64,000 nt of DNA from Glycera tridactyla (Eukaryota). The translations under genes and the position numbers were made by a program. Below are positions 35,165 to 47,537 of the stretch, piece after piece (positions within the stretch are counted from its first letter, which is position 1; each line of letters opens with the position of its first letter). The DNA lies in NCBI GenBank assembly GCA_965644265.1, contig OZ286469.1:62868001-62932000 (forward strand), written 5' to 3'. A model generated the notes under the pieces. That model did no database searches. It had not been told where the DNA came from and saw only the letters and a program-made list of their open reading frames with translations.

Positions 35165-37322
35165 GTGTGTGTGTGTGTGTATGTGTGTGCCAGTGGCTCT
35201 TGATGATAGGCTCGGTGTGCCCGAGTACTCTGTAGCTTGTATGTGGTAGTGTGGCACCTGGTGGTAGTTGCATGCATCATATTTGATCGTATGGGTTTTG
35301 TGCAATATGTGTGGCTTTGTTTACACACACACCTGTCATTTTATCTGGTTATTCTATACTGTGGAAAAATTAATTTTGGAATATTCACTATGCAGGTCTC
35401 TTGTCTTTATTGCCTGTCACTCAGCTGACCTCTACATGTGCCCCTCTCTATCTATTGAGATGCTCCAGGTGCAAAACTGGCTTTCTTGATTAAAATGTGT
35501 TCCCTCAATCCATGCTTTTCGGAATGTGTTTTCTTCAGCTGGAAAAGAGTCACCTCAATCTCAATAGGAGTAAAGAAGTGGTTACTCCCGTTTCCAATTA
35601 AGAGTTGAGAGGTTGGTTGTTGGTTGGTTGGTCCTGGTTTAACGTCTTGTCAGCACCATCTGGGCTATATTGTGATGCCCATGCAATGGTCATGTTCAGG
35701 ATCCTCCAAGAGCGACATTCTAATCCAAGAGAAAATTTGTACTAATGGAGACCATAGGATCCCTGCCGCCACCTACCCATGTCCATGTATGCACCCCAGC
35801 ATTCAAACTATTCTGCCCCTACCATAGAATTAACACGCCCCCTGCAAATGTGTGGCCACTCAAGTATGTGCTGCATGCATTAGATGGTTTGTTGTTTGTT
35901 TGTTTGTTTTAGTTTAACGTCACTTAAACCCGCTTGGGTTATATCGGACTGAAAAACTGAAAATGCTGAAGAAAAAGAGTCACTGCATGCCGGGGCCGTC
36001 CCTAATCTTTGCGAAAGACAGCAGTGGATCTTTAACGTGCGTGAAGGAAAAGGCTCCTAAATACACGGCCGGCCTTTGATATCCCAGTCGGCATGCACTG
36101 GGTTTGCATTAGATGGATCATCACCAATCAGATCATCTTGATCATCACCAATCAGATCATCTTGGAACCAAACAGTTCTTGTTGAAAAGAAAGGATGACC
36201 AAACATGATGATCTACATATCCGGAAGGTTCTGCACATCTCTGATAGGACCTAATACACTGAATCCTGACCCACTTAATTTTCCTACCATATTGTCAAGT
36301 TGTGTGTGTGTGTGTGTGTGTGTACATTTAGCTGCTCAATCGTGCCTATATCTTCAACTGATCTGAATGTACATTGATATGGCTGAAGGTACGACTGGTC
36401 AGAAACTCATATAGGGCAAAGTTTCTGAGCATGATGGCGGATCCACTCGGGGATTGTGCCCCTGATCGAACATGCTGACTGGCTGAGACCTGCGAAACTA
36501 TCATATCATCTACATATCAGAATTCACCAATCACATTGCATGTAAGATGGTGCATTGGCGCAGAAGGCTTGTTGTAAAAAATATGAAGCAGGGCACTGCA
36601 ATTGGGATATATTTCAGTAAAACTAGGGATGCATCAATAGATTTCGGCTTAGAAATAAAGTCATCTACCCAGGGAGATAAGTTGATATATAAATAGTACA
36701 TTTGAACCTGTTTACATAACCTTTCAATGTGACCGAGAGTGGGCTGTTTCTGCATGCAGGTGACGATTGTAGCAGAAGAGCTGTCATCACAATTGTAGTG
36801 TATGTAGTGTGATATGTGTGATTTCTTTCTAAAGTGTAACCATTCCGTTTTCCGGTTATGTCAAGTATCGTCAGTTCACCTCACTCCGAGGTGTTATATA
36901 ACAGTTTTAAAGTAGCGCTGCGAACACCACCTCGAGATTATTCGCCTTGCTCAGGGTGTTAGGATAGGCGAGTGCTCGCTCAGTTTACCTCACTCTGAGG
37001 TGTTATATAACCGTTCTTTATGTAGTTCTGCTAACACCTTGAGAATACTCGCCTAGCTCAAGGTGTTAGGATAGGCGAGTGCTCGCTTAGTCTAGGCGTT
37101 AAATGTCAGCTTGCCGGCTGGCTAGTGGCTCTGGCCTGGCTGTGAGTGGCTGCTCACCGTGTTAACACCTGGGCGGCTTCAGCCAATGAGCGCTAACTAG
37201 TGGGCATAAAACCGGCTGTTTTTCCCTAATTCATCAGTCATACCCTGTGAAGACTCCAGCTTCCAGTGTCTACTACTGCTACTACATTGCATCTACCTCT
37301 GCTACATCTGCTATCGTCTACT

Positions 37323-38426
37323 ATGGAGTCAACAGCTGCCCTTCATCTTGCACCTGGTGGAATGCCCAGCAAGCTTGCCATGCGGGAGAAGCGACAAAGG
37401 CAGAATTTGAAGGCTCGGAGGGCTGCTATTTTCGAGCAGGCTGCTGCTACCTCCGAGCTGATGAGAGTACGGGCTGCTGCTGCCAGTGTCACCACTTCGT
37501 CTGCTGCCATTTCAAGTGCTACTACTTCTACTGCTGCTACTCCTACTGTCGGTGAGCCTAGTTCCTCTACTGCCGTTTCAAGTGCTACTACTCCTACTGC
37601 TGCTACTACTGCCTCTTCTACCCCTACCGCTACGCCTGGATCTGCTGCTACGATTTCTACTCAGACAGCCGCCGACTCGACAACCATCTCTACACAGACT
37701 TCCGACATGGGAACTAGAGTCATCTCTACTCAGATTGCTGCGTTGCCTATTCTGTCCACGACTGCAGCTACCTCCGCTTCGTCTGCTTCGAGTGTCCCCC
37801 AGACCCAGGTGCTCATCATGGGAAGCTCACACGTCGCCCGTATTCCCCTTTCAGCTTTAGACGGAGCGACCAATGTGACTTTGGCCGGGCGAGAGGGATT
37901 TACCTGGTCGGAAGCCTTGCAAGTCCTGCAGGGAAAGAAGGAGCCGTCACGTGGAGATCTCTCTTCTACCTCCATCCGTGACCTAATTCTTAAGTGCAGC
38001 GTTTGTGTGTTTATTTATGGATCTAATGATCTCGCTCGTAGATTTTTCGACGTAGAGAGTGGCAGAAATCGTTTTGCCACCTCAAGTGAGGTCATTCATG
38101 ACATGAACTCCTTCTTATCGTATGTCGAATACCTGCATGTGAAGTCTGGGCTGCCTATGCCTAGAATTCATGTTCTGAGCATTTTGACGCGTCCGGATTG
38201 GGATCAGGAGCGGGTGAGGGCGGCCTGGCATGTGAATGAGGGAGTGGCTGCTCATCCCAGTGTAACGTCTTTGGTGGTGCCCGCCTGGTTCCATCCGGAC
38301 GCACATATTCGACCAACTACAGCTAAGGGTACTAAAGATAACAAGCATCTATATCAGCATCTGTATCCGGAGTTGTTGTATTCGATCAAGAGGGAGGTTA
38401 GAGCTTTCTCCCCTGGAGACTGGTGA
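37323..38426 (+). CDS. SGNH hydrolase-domain protein, copy A12
   Basis: Intact 367-aa frame. Confidence 0.85.
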   Translation: MESTAALHLAPGGMPSKLAMREKRQRQNLKARRAAIFEQAAATSELMRVRAAAASVTTSSAAISSATTSTAATPTVGEPSSSTAVSSATTPTAATTASSTPTATPGSAATISTQTAADSTTISTQTSDMGTRVISTQIAALPILSTTAATSASSASSVPQTQVLIMGSSHVARIPLSALDGATNVTLAGREGFTWSEALQVLQGKKEPSRGDLSSTSIRDLILKCSVCVFIYGSNDLARRFFDVESGRNRFATSSEVIHDMNSFLSYVEYLHVKSGLPMPRIHVLSILTRPDWDQERVRAAWHVNEGVAAHPSVTSLVVPAWFHPDAHIRPTTAKGTKDNKHLYQHLYPELLYSIKREVRAFSPGDW

Positions 38427-39702
38427 ACATTCTATTTCTGCCTGTATGTCTGTTGTCTGTAAATATCCGTGCATAATATATAATCTAATGAGGCATTCGT
38501 GTTCTGGTTCTGTGTTTTTGTGTGTGATGGGTTTGTGTGTGTGTGTGTGTGTGTGTGCGTGTGTGTGTGTGTGTGTGTATGTGTGTGCCAGTGGCTCTTG
38601 ATGATAGGCTCGGTGTGCCCGAGTACTCTGTAGCTTGTATGTGGTAGTGTGGCACCTGGTGGTAGTTGCATGCATCATATTTGATCGTATGGGTTTTGTG
38701 CAATATGTGTGGCTTTGTTTACACACACACCTGTCATTTTATCTGGTTATTCTATACTGTGGAAAAATTAATTTTGGAATATTCACTATGCAGGTCTCTT
38801 GTCTTTATTGCCTGTCACTCAGCTGACCTCTACATGTGCCCCTCTCTATCTATTGAGATGCTCCAGGTGCAAAACTGGCTTTCTTGATTAAAATGTGTTC
38901 CCTCAATCCATGCTTTTCGGAATGTGTTTTCTTCAGCTGGAAAAGAGTCACCCCAATCTCAATAGGAGTAAAGAAGTGGTTACTCCCGTTTCCAATTAAG
39001 AGTTGAGAGGTTGGTTGTTGGTTGGTTGGTCCTGGTTTAACGTCTTGTCAGCACCATCTGGGCTATATTGTGATGCCCATGCAATGGTCATGTTCAGGAT
39101 CCTCCAAGAGCGACATTCTAATCCAAGAGAAAATTTGTACTAATGGAGACCATAGGATCCCTGCCGCCACCTACCCATGTCCATGTATGCACCCCAGCAT
39201 TCAAACTATTCTGCCCCTACCATAGAATTAACACGCCCCCTGCAAATGTGTGGCCACTCAAGTATGTGCTGCATGCATTAGATGGTTTGTTGTTTGTTTG
39301 TTTGTTTTAGTTTAACGTCACTTAAACCCGCTTGGGTTATATCGGACTGAAAAACTGAAAATGCTGAAGAAAAAGAGTCACTGCATGCCGGGGGCCGTCC
39401 CTACTCTTTGCGAAAGACAGCAGTGGATCTTTAACGTGCGTGAAGGAAAAGGCTCCTAAATACACGGCCGGCCTTTGATATCCCAGTCGGCATGCACTGG
39501 GTTTGCATTAGATGGATCATCACCAATCAGATCATCTTGATCATCACCAATCAGATCATCTTGGAACCAAACAGTTCTTGTTGAAAAGAAAGGATGACCA
39601 AACATGATGATCTACATATCCGGAAGGTTCTGCACATCTCTGATAGGACCTAATACACTGAATCCTGACCCACTTAATTTTCCTACCATATTGTCAAGTT
39701 CT

Positions 39703-40728
39703 CAGAATTTGAAGGCTCGGAGGGCTGCTATTTTCGAGCAGGCTGCTGCTACCTCCGAGCTGATGAGAGTACGGGCTGCTGCTGCCAGTGTCACCACTTC
39801 GTCTGCTGCCATTTCAAGTGCTACTACTTCTACTGCTGCTACTCCTACTGTCGGTGAGCCTAGTTCCTCTACTGCCGTTTCAAGTGCTACTACTCCTACT
39901 GCTGCTACTACTGCCTCTTCTACGCCTACCGCTACGCCTGGATCTGCTGCTACGATTTCTACTCAGACAGCCGCCGACTCGACAACCATCTCTACACAGA
40001 CTTCCGACGTGGGAACTAGAGTCATCTCTACTCAGACTGCTGCGTTGCCTATTCTGTCCACGACTGCAGCTACCTCCGCTTCGTCTGCTTCGAGTGTCCC
40101 CCTGACCCAGGTGCTCATCATGGGAAGCTCACACGTCGCCCGTATTCCCCTTTCAGCTTTAGACGGAGCGACCAATGTGACTTTGGCCGGGTGAGAGGGA
40201 TTTACCTGGTCGGAAGCCTTGCAAGTCCTGCAGGGAAAGAAGGAGCCGTCACGTGGAGATCTCTCTTCTACCTCCATCCGTGACCTAATTCTTAAGTGCA
40301 GCGTTTGTGTGTTTATTTATGGATCTAATGATCTCGCTCGTAGATTTTTCGACGTAGAGAGTGGCAGAAATCGTTTTGCCACCTCAAGTGAGGTCATTCA
40401 TGACATGAACTCCTTCTTATCGTATGTCGAATACCTGCGTGTGAAGTCTGGGCTGCCTATGCCTAGAATTCATGTTCTGAGCATTTTGACGCGTCCGGAT
40501 TGGGATCAGGAGCGGGTGAGGGCGGCCTGGCATGTGAATGAGGGAGTGGCTGCTCATCCCAGTGTAACGTCTTTGGTGGTGCCCGCCTGGTTCCATCCCG
40601 ACACACATATTTGACCAACTACAGCTAAGGGTACTAAAGATAACAAGCATCTATATCAGCATCTGTATCCGGAGTTGTTGTATTCGATCAAGAGGGAGGT
40701 TAGAGCTTTCTCCCCTGGAGACTGGTGA
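39703..40728 (+). pseudogene. SGNH hydrolase copy A13: promoter and 5' end deleted, two nonsense codons
   Basis: Begins at the deletion junction TGTCAAGTT-CT-CAGAATTTG. CGA>TGA at 40192-40194 and 40612-40614. Confidence 0.9.
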
Positions 40729-43031
40729 ACATTCTATTTCTGCCTGTATGTCTGTTGTCTGTAAATATCCGTGCATAATATATAATCTAATGAGGCATTC
40801 GTGTTCTGGTTCTGTGTTTTTGTGTGTGATGGGTTTGTGTGTGTGTGTGTGTGTGTGCGTGTGCGTGTGTGTGTGTGTGTATGTGTGTGCCAGTGGCTCT
40901 TGATGATAGGCTCGGTGTGCCCGAGTACTCTGTAGCTTGTATGTGGTAGTGTGGCACCTGGTGGTAGTTGCATGCATCATATTTGATCGTATGGGTTTTG
41001 TGCAATATGTGTGGCTTTGTTTACACACACACCTGTCATTTTATCTGGTTATTCTATACTGTGGAAAAATTAATTTTGGAATATTCACTATGCAGGTCTC
41101 TTGTCTTTATTGCCTGTCACTCAGCTGACCTCTACATGTCCCCCTCTCTATCTATTGAGATGCTCCAGGTGCAAAACTGGCTTTCTTGATTAAAATGTGT
41201 TCCCTCAATCCATGCCTTTCGGAATGTGTTTTCCTCAGCTGGAAAAGAGTCACCTTAATCTCAATAGGAGTAAAGAAGTGGTTACTCCCGTTTCCAATTA
41301 AGAGTTGAGAGGTTGGTTGTTGGTTGGTTGGTCCTGGTTTAACGTCTTGTCAGCACCATCTGGGCTATATTGTGACGCCCATGCAATGGTCATGTTCAGG
41401 ATCCTCCAAGAGCGACATTCTAATCCAAGAGAAAATTTGTACTAATGGAGACCATAGGATCCCTGCCGCCACCTACCCATGTCCATGTATGCACCCCAGC
41501 ATTCAAACTATTCTGCCCCTACCATAGAATTAACACGCCCCCTGCAAATGTGTGGCCACTCAAGTATGTGCTGCATGCATTAGATGGTTTGTTGTTTGTT
41601 TGTTTGTTTTAGTTTAACGTCACTTAAACCCGCTTGGGTTATATCGGACTGAAAAACTGAAAATGCTGAAGAAAAAGAGCCACTGCATGCCGGGGGCCGT
41701 CCCTACTCTTTGCGAAAGACAGCAGTGGATCTTTAACGTGCGTGAAGGAAAAGGCTCCTAAATACACGGCCGGCCTTTGATATCCCAGTCGGCATGCACT
41801 GGGTTTGCATTAAATGGATCATCACCAATCAGATCATCTTGATCATCACCAATCAGATCATCTTGGAACCAAACAGTTCTTGTTGAAAAGAAAGGATGAC
41901 CAAACATGATGATCTACATATCCGGAAGGTTCTGCACATCTCTGATAGGACCTAATACACTGAATCCTGACCCACTTAATTTTCCTACCATATTGTCAAG
42001 TTGTGTGTGTGTGTGTGTGTGTGTGTACATTTAGCTGCTCAATTGTGCCTATATCTTCAACTGATCTGAATGTACATTGATATGGCTGAAGGTACGACTG
42101 GTCAGAAACTCATATAGGGCAAAGTTTCTGAGCATGATGGCGGATCCACTCGGGGATTGTGCCCCTGATCGAACATGCTGACTGGCTGAGACCTGCGAAA
42201 CTATCATATCATCTACATATCAGAATTCACCAATCACATTGCATGTAAGATGGTGCATTGGCGCAGAAGGCTTGTTGTAAAAAATATGAAGCAGGGCACT
42301 GCAATTGGGATATATTTCAGTAAAACTAGGGATGCATCAATAGATTTCGGCTTAGAAATAAAGTCATCTACCCAGGGAGATAAGTTGATATATAAATAGT
42401 ACATTCGAACCTGTTTACATAGCCCACTCTCGGTCACATTGAAAGGTTGTTTCTGCATGCAGGTGACGATTGTAGCAGAAGAGCTGTCATCACAATTGTA
42501 GTGTATGTAGTGTGATATGTGTGATTTCTTTCTAAAGTGTAACCATTCCGTTTTCCGGTTATGTCAAGTATCGTCAGTTCACCTCACTCCGAGGTGTTAT
42601 ATAACAGTTTTAAAGTAGCGCTGCGAACACCACCTCGAGATTATTCGCCTTGCTCAGGGTGTTAGGATAGGCGAGTGCTCGCTCAGTTTACCTCACTCTG
42701 AGGTGTTATATAACCGTTCTTTATGTAGTTCTGCTAACACCTTGAGAATACTCGCCTAGCTCAAGGTGTTAGGATAGGCGAGTGCTCGCTTAGTCTAGGC
42801 GTTAAATGTCAGCTTGCCGGCTGGCTAGTGGCTCTGGCCTGGCTGTGAGTGGCTGCTCACCGTGTTAACACCTGGGCGGCTTCAGCCAATGAGCGCTAAC
42901 TAGTGGGCATAAAACCGGCTGTTTTTCCCTAATTCAGTCATACCCTGTGAAGACTCCAGCTTCCAGTGTCTACTACTGCTACTACTGCTACTACATTGCG
43001 TCTACCTCTGCTACATCTGCTATCGTCTACT

Positions 43032-44135
43032 ATGGAGTCAACAGCTGCCCTTCATCTTGCACCTGGTGGAATGCCCAGCAAGCTTGCCATGCGGGAGAAG
43101 CGACAAAGGCAGAATTTGAAGGCTCGGAGGCCTGCTATTTTCGAGCAGGCTGCTGCTACCTCCGAGCTGATGAGAGTACGGGCTGCTGCTGCCAGTGTCA
43201 CCACTTCGTCTGCTGCCATTTCAAGTGCTACTACTTCTACTGCTGCTACTCCTACTGTCGGTGAGCCTAGTTCCTCTACTGCCGTTTCAAGTGCTACTAC
43301 TCCTACTGCTGCTACTACTGCCTCTTCTACGCCTACCGCTACGCCTGGATCTGCTGCTACGATTTCTACTCAGACAGCCGCCGACTCGACAACCATCTCT
43401 ACACAGACTTCCGACGTGGGAACTAAAGTCATCTCTACTCAGACTGCTGCGTTGCCTATTCTGTCCACGACTGCAGCTACCTCCGCTTCGTCTGCTTCGA
43501 GTGTCCCCCAGACCCAGGTGCTCATCATGGGAAGCTCACACGTCGCCCGTATTCCCCTTTCAGCTTTAGACGGAGCGACCAATGTGACTTTGGCCGGGCG
43601 AGAGGGATTTACCTGGTCGGAAGCCTTGCAAGTCCTGCAGGGAAAGAAGGAGCCGTCACGTGGAGATCTCTCTTCTACCTCCATCCGTGACCTAATTCTT
43701 AAGTGCAGCGTTTGTGTGTTTATTTATGGATCTAATGATCTCGCTCGTAGATTTTTCGACGTAGAGAGTGGCAGAAATCGTTTTGCCACCTCAAGTGAGG
43801 TCATTCATGACATGAACTCCTTCTTATCGTATGTCGAATACCTGCGTGTGAAGTCTGGGCTGCCTATGCCTAGAATTCATGTTCTGAGCATTTTGACGCG
43901 TCCGGATTGGGATCAGGAGCGGGTGAGGGTGGCCTGGCATGTGAATGAGGGAGTGGCTGCTCATCCCAGTGTAACGTCTTTGGTGGTGCCCGCCTGGTTC
44001 CATCCCGACACACATATTCGACCAACTACAGCTAAGGGTACTAAAGATAACAAGCATCTATATCAGCATCTGTATCCGGAGTTGTTGTATTCGATCAAGA
44101 GGGAGGTTAGAGCTTTCTCCCCTGGAGACTGGTGA
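43032..44135 (+). CDS. SGNH hydrolase-domain protein, copy A14
   Basis: Intact frame with a few substitutions. A 9-bp duplication lies in the predicted 5' UTR. Confidence 0.85.
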   Translation: MESTAALHLAPGGMPSKLAMREKRQRQNLKARRPAIFEQAAATSELMRVRAAAASVTTSSAAISSATTSTAATPTVGEPSSSTAVSSATTPTAATTASSTPTATPGSAATISTQTAADSTTISTQTSDVGTKVISTQTAALPILSTTAATSASSASSVPQTQVLIMGSSHVARIPLSALDGATNVTLAGREGFTWSEALQVLQGKKEPSRGDLSSTSIRDLILKCSVCVFIYGSNDLARRFFDVESGRNRFATSSEVIHDMNSFLSYVEYLRVKSGLPMPRIHVLSILTRPDWDQERVRVAWHVNEGVAAHPSVTSLVVPAWFHPDTHIRPTTAKGTKDNKHLYQHLYPELLYSIKREVRAFSPGDW

Positions 44136-44239
44136 ACATTCTATTTCTGCCTGTATGTCTGTTGTCTGTAAATATCCGTGCATAATATATAATCTAATGA
44201 GGCATTCGTGTTCTGGTTCTGTGTTTTTGTGTGTGATGG

Positions 44240-44277
<38 letters not shown>

Positions 44278-46433
44278 GTGTGTGTGTGTGTGTATGTGTG
44301 TGCCAGTGGCTCTTGATGATAGGCTCGGTGTGCCCGAGTACTCTGTAGCTTGTATGTGGTAGTGTGGCACCTGGTGGTAGTTGCATGCATCATATTTGAT
44401 CGTATGGGTTTTGTGCAATATGTGTGGCTTTGTTTACACACACACCTGTCATTTTATCTGGTTATTCTATACTGTGGAAAAATAAATTTTGGAATATTCA
44501 CTATGCAGGTCTCTTGTCTTTATTGCCTGTCACTCAGCTGACCTCTACATGTGCCCCTCTTTATCTATTGAGATGCTCCAGGTGCAAAACTGGCTTTCTT
44601 GATTAAAATGTGTTCCCTCAATCCATGCCTTTCGGAATGTGTTTTCCTCAGCTGGAAAAGAGTCACCTTAATCTCAATAGGAGTAAAGAAGTGGTTACTC
44701 CCGTTTCCAATTAAGAGTTGAGAGGTTGGTTGTTGGTTGGTTGGTCCTGGTTTAACGTCTTGTCAGCACCATCTGGGCTATATTGTGACGCCCATGCAAT
44801 GGTCATGTTCAGGATCCTCCAAGAGCGACATTCTAATCCAAGAGAAAATTTGTACTAATGGAGACCATAGGATCCCTGCCGCCACCTACCCATGTCCATG
44901 TATGCACCCCAGCATTCAAACTATTCTGCCCCTACCATAGAATTAACACGCCCCCTGCAAATGTGTGGCCACTCAAGTATGTGCTGCATGCATTAGATGG
45001 TTTGTTGTTTGTTTGTTTGTTTTAGTTTAACGTCACTTAAACCCGCTTGGGTTATATCGGACTGAAAAACTGAAAATGCTGAAGAAAAAGAGCCACTGCA
45101 TGCTGGGGGCCGTCCCTACTCTTTGCGAAAGACAGCAGTGGATCTTTAATGTGCGTGAAGGAAAAGGCTCCTAAATACACGGCCGGCCTTTGATATCCCA
45201 GTCGGCATGCACTGGGTTTGCATTAGATGGATCATCACCAATCAGATCATCTTGATCATCACCAATCAGATCATCTTGGAACCAAACAGTTCTTGTTGAA
45301 AAGAAAGGATGACCAAACATGATGATCTACATATCCGGAAGGTTCTGCACATCTCTGATAGGACCTAATACACTGAATCCTGACCCACTTAATTTTCCTA
45401 CCATATTGTCAAGTTGTGTGTGTGTGTGTGTGTGTGTACATTTAGCTGCTCAATCGTGCCTATATCTTCAACTGATCTGAATGTACATTGATATGGCTGA
45501 AGGTACGACTGGTCAGATACTCATATAGGGCAAAGTTTCTGAGCATGATGGCGGATCCACTCGGGGATTGTGCCCCTGATCGAACATGCTGACTGGCTGA
45601 GACCTGCGAAACTATCATATCATCTACATATCAGAATTCACCAATCACATTGCATGTAAGATGGTGCATTGGCGCAGAAGGCTTGTTGTAAAAAATATGA
45701 AGCAGGGCACTGCAATTGGGATATATTTCAGTAAAACTAGGGATGCATCAATAGATTTCGGCTTAGAAATAAAGTCATCTACCCAGGGAGATAAGTTGAT
45801 ATATAAATAGTACATTCGAACCTGTTTACATAGCCCACTCTCGGTCACATTGAAAGGTTGTTTCTGCATGCAGGTGACGATTGTAGCAGAAGAGCTGTCA
45901 TCACAATTGTAGTGTATGTAGTGTGATATGTGTGATTTCTTTCTAAAGTGTAACCATTCCGTTTTCCGGTTATGTCAAGTATCGTCAGTTCACCTCACTC
46001 CGAGGTGTTATATAACAGTTTTAAAGTAGCGCTGCGAACACCACCTCGAGATTATTCGCCTTGCTCAGGGTGTTAGGATAGGCGAGTGCTCGCTCAGTTT
46101 ACCTCACTCTGAGGTGTTATATAACCGTTCTTTATGTAGTTCTGCTAACACCTTGAGAATACTCGCCTAGCTCAAGGTGTTAGGATAGGCGAGTGCTCGC
46201 TTAGTCTAGGCGTTAAATGTCAGCTTGCCGGCTGGCTAGTGGCTCTGGCCTGGCTGTGAGTGGCTGCTCACCGTGTTAACACCTGGGCGGCTTCAGCCAA
46301 TGAGCGCTAACTAGTGGGCATAAAACCGGCTGTTTTTCCCTAATTCAGTCATACCCTGTGAAGACTCCAGCTTCCAGTGTCTACTACTGCTACTACATTG
46401 CATCTACCTCTGCTACATCTGCTATCGTCTACT

Positions 46434-47537
46434 ATGGAGTCAACAGCTGCCCTTCATCTTGCACCTGGTGGAATGCCCAGCAAGCTTGCCATGCGGGAGA
46501 AGCGACAAAGGCAGAATTTGAAGGCTCGGAGGGCTGCTATTTTCGAGCAGGCTGCTGCTACCTCCGAGCTGATGAGAGTACGGGCTGCTGCTGCCAGTGT
46601 CACCACTTTGTCTGCTGCCATTTCAAGTGCTACCACTTCTACTGCTGCTACTCCTACTGTCGGTGAGCCTAGTTCCTCTACTGCCGTTTCAAGTGCTACT
46701 ACTCCTACTGCTGCTACTACTGCCTCTTCTACGCCTACCGCTACGCCTGGATCTGCTGCTACGATTTCTACTCAGACAGCCGCCGACTCGACAACCATCT
46801 CTACACAGACTTCCGACGTGGGAACTAGAGTCATCTCTACTCAGACTGCTGCGTTGCCTATTCTGTCCACGACTGCAGCTACCTCCGCTTCGTCTGCTTC
46901 GAGTGTCCCCCAGACCCAGGTGCTCATCATGGGAAGCTCACACGTCGCCCGTATTCCCCTTTCAGCTTTAGACGGAGCGACCAATGTGACTTTGGCCGGG
47001 CGAGAGGGATTTACCTGGTCGGAAGCCTTGCAAGTCCTGCAGGGAAAGAAGGAGCCGTCACGTGGAGATCTCTCTTCTACCTCCATCCGTGACCTAATTC
47101 TTAAGTGCAGCGTTTGTGTGTTTATTTATGGATCTAATGATCTCGCTCGTAGATTTTTCGACGTAGAGAGTGGCAGAAATCGTTTTGCCACCTCAAGTGA
47201 GGTCATTCATGACATGAACTCCTTCTTATCGTATGTCGAATACCTGCGTGTGAAGTCTGGGCTGCCTATGCCTAGAATTCATGTTCTGAGCATTTTGACG
47301 CGTCCGGATTGGGATCAGGAGCGGGTGAGGGCGGCCTGGCATGTGAATGAGGGAGTGGCTGCTCATCCCAGTGTAACGTCTTTGGTGGTGCCAGCCTGGT
47401 TCCATCCGGATGCACATATTCGACCAACTACAGCTAAGGGTACTACAGATAACAAGCATCTATATCAGCATCTGTATCCGGAGTTGTTGTATTCGATCAA
47501 GAGGGAGGTTAGAGCTCTCTCCCCTGGAGACTGGTGA
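46434..47537 (+). CDS. SGNH hydrolase-domain protein, copy A15
   Basis: Intact frame with all catalytic motifs retained. Confidence 0.85.
   Translation: MESTAALHLAPGGMPSKLAMREKRQRQNLKARRAAIFEQAAATSELMRVRAAAASVTTLSAAISSATTSTAATPTVGEPSSSTAVSSATTPTAATTASSTPTATPGSAATISTQTAADSTTISTQTSDVGTRVISTQTAALPILSTTAATSASSASSVPQTQVLIMGSSHVARIPLSALDGATNVTLAGREGFTWSEALQVLQGKKEPSRGDLSSTSIRDLILKCSVCVFIYGSNDLARRFFDVESGRNRFATSSEVIHDMNSFLSYVEYLRVKSGLPMPRIHVLSILTRPDWDQERVRAAWHVNEGVAAHPSVTSLVVPAWFHPDAHIRPTTAKGTTDNKHLYQHLYPELLYSIKREVRALSPGDW

Larger units (their letters stand above)
10020..37200 (+). repeat. Higher-order duplication: 4-unit block (~13.6 kb) present twice (A4-A7, A8-A11); boundaries approximate
   Basis: ORF offsets are 13601, 13601, 13601 and 13603 bp, and diagnostic variants recur in the same order. 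Confidence 0.8.
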
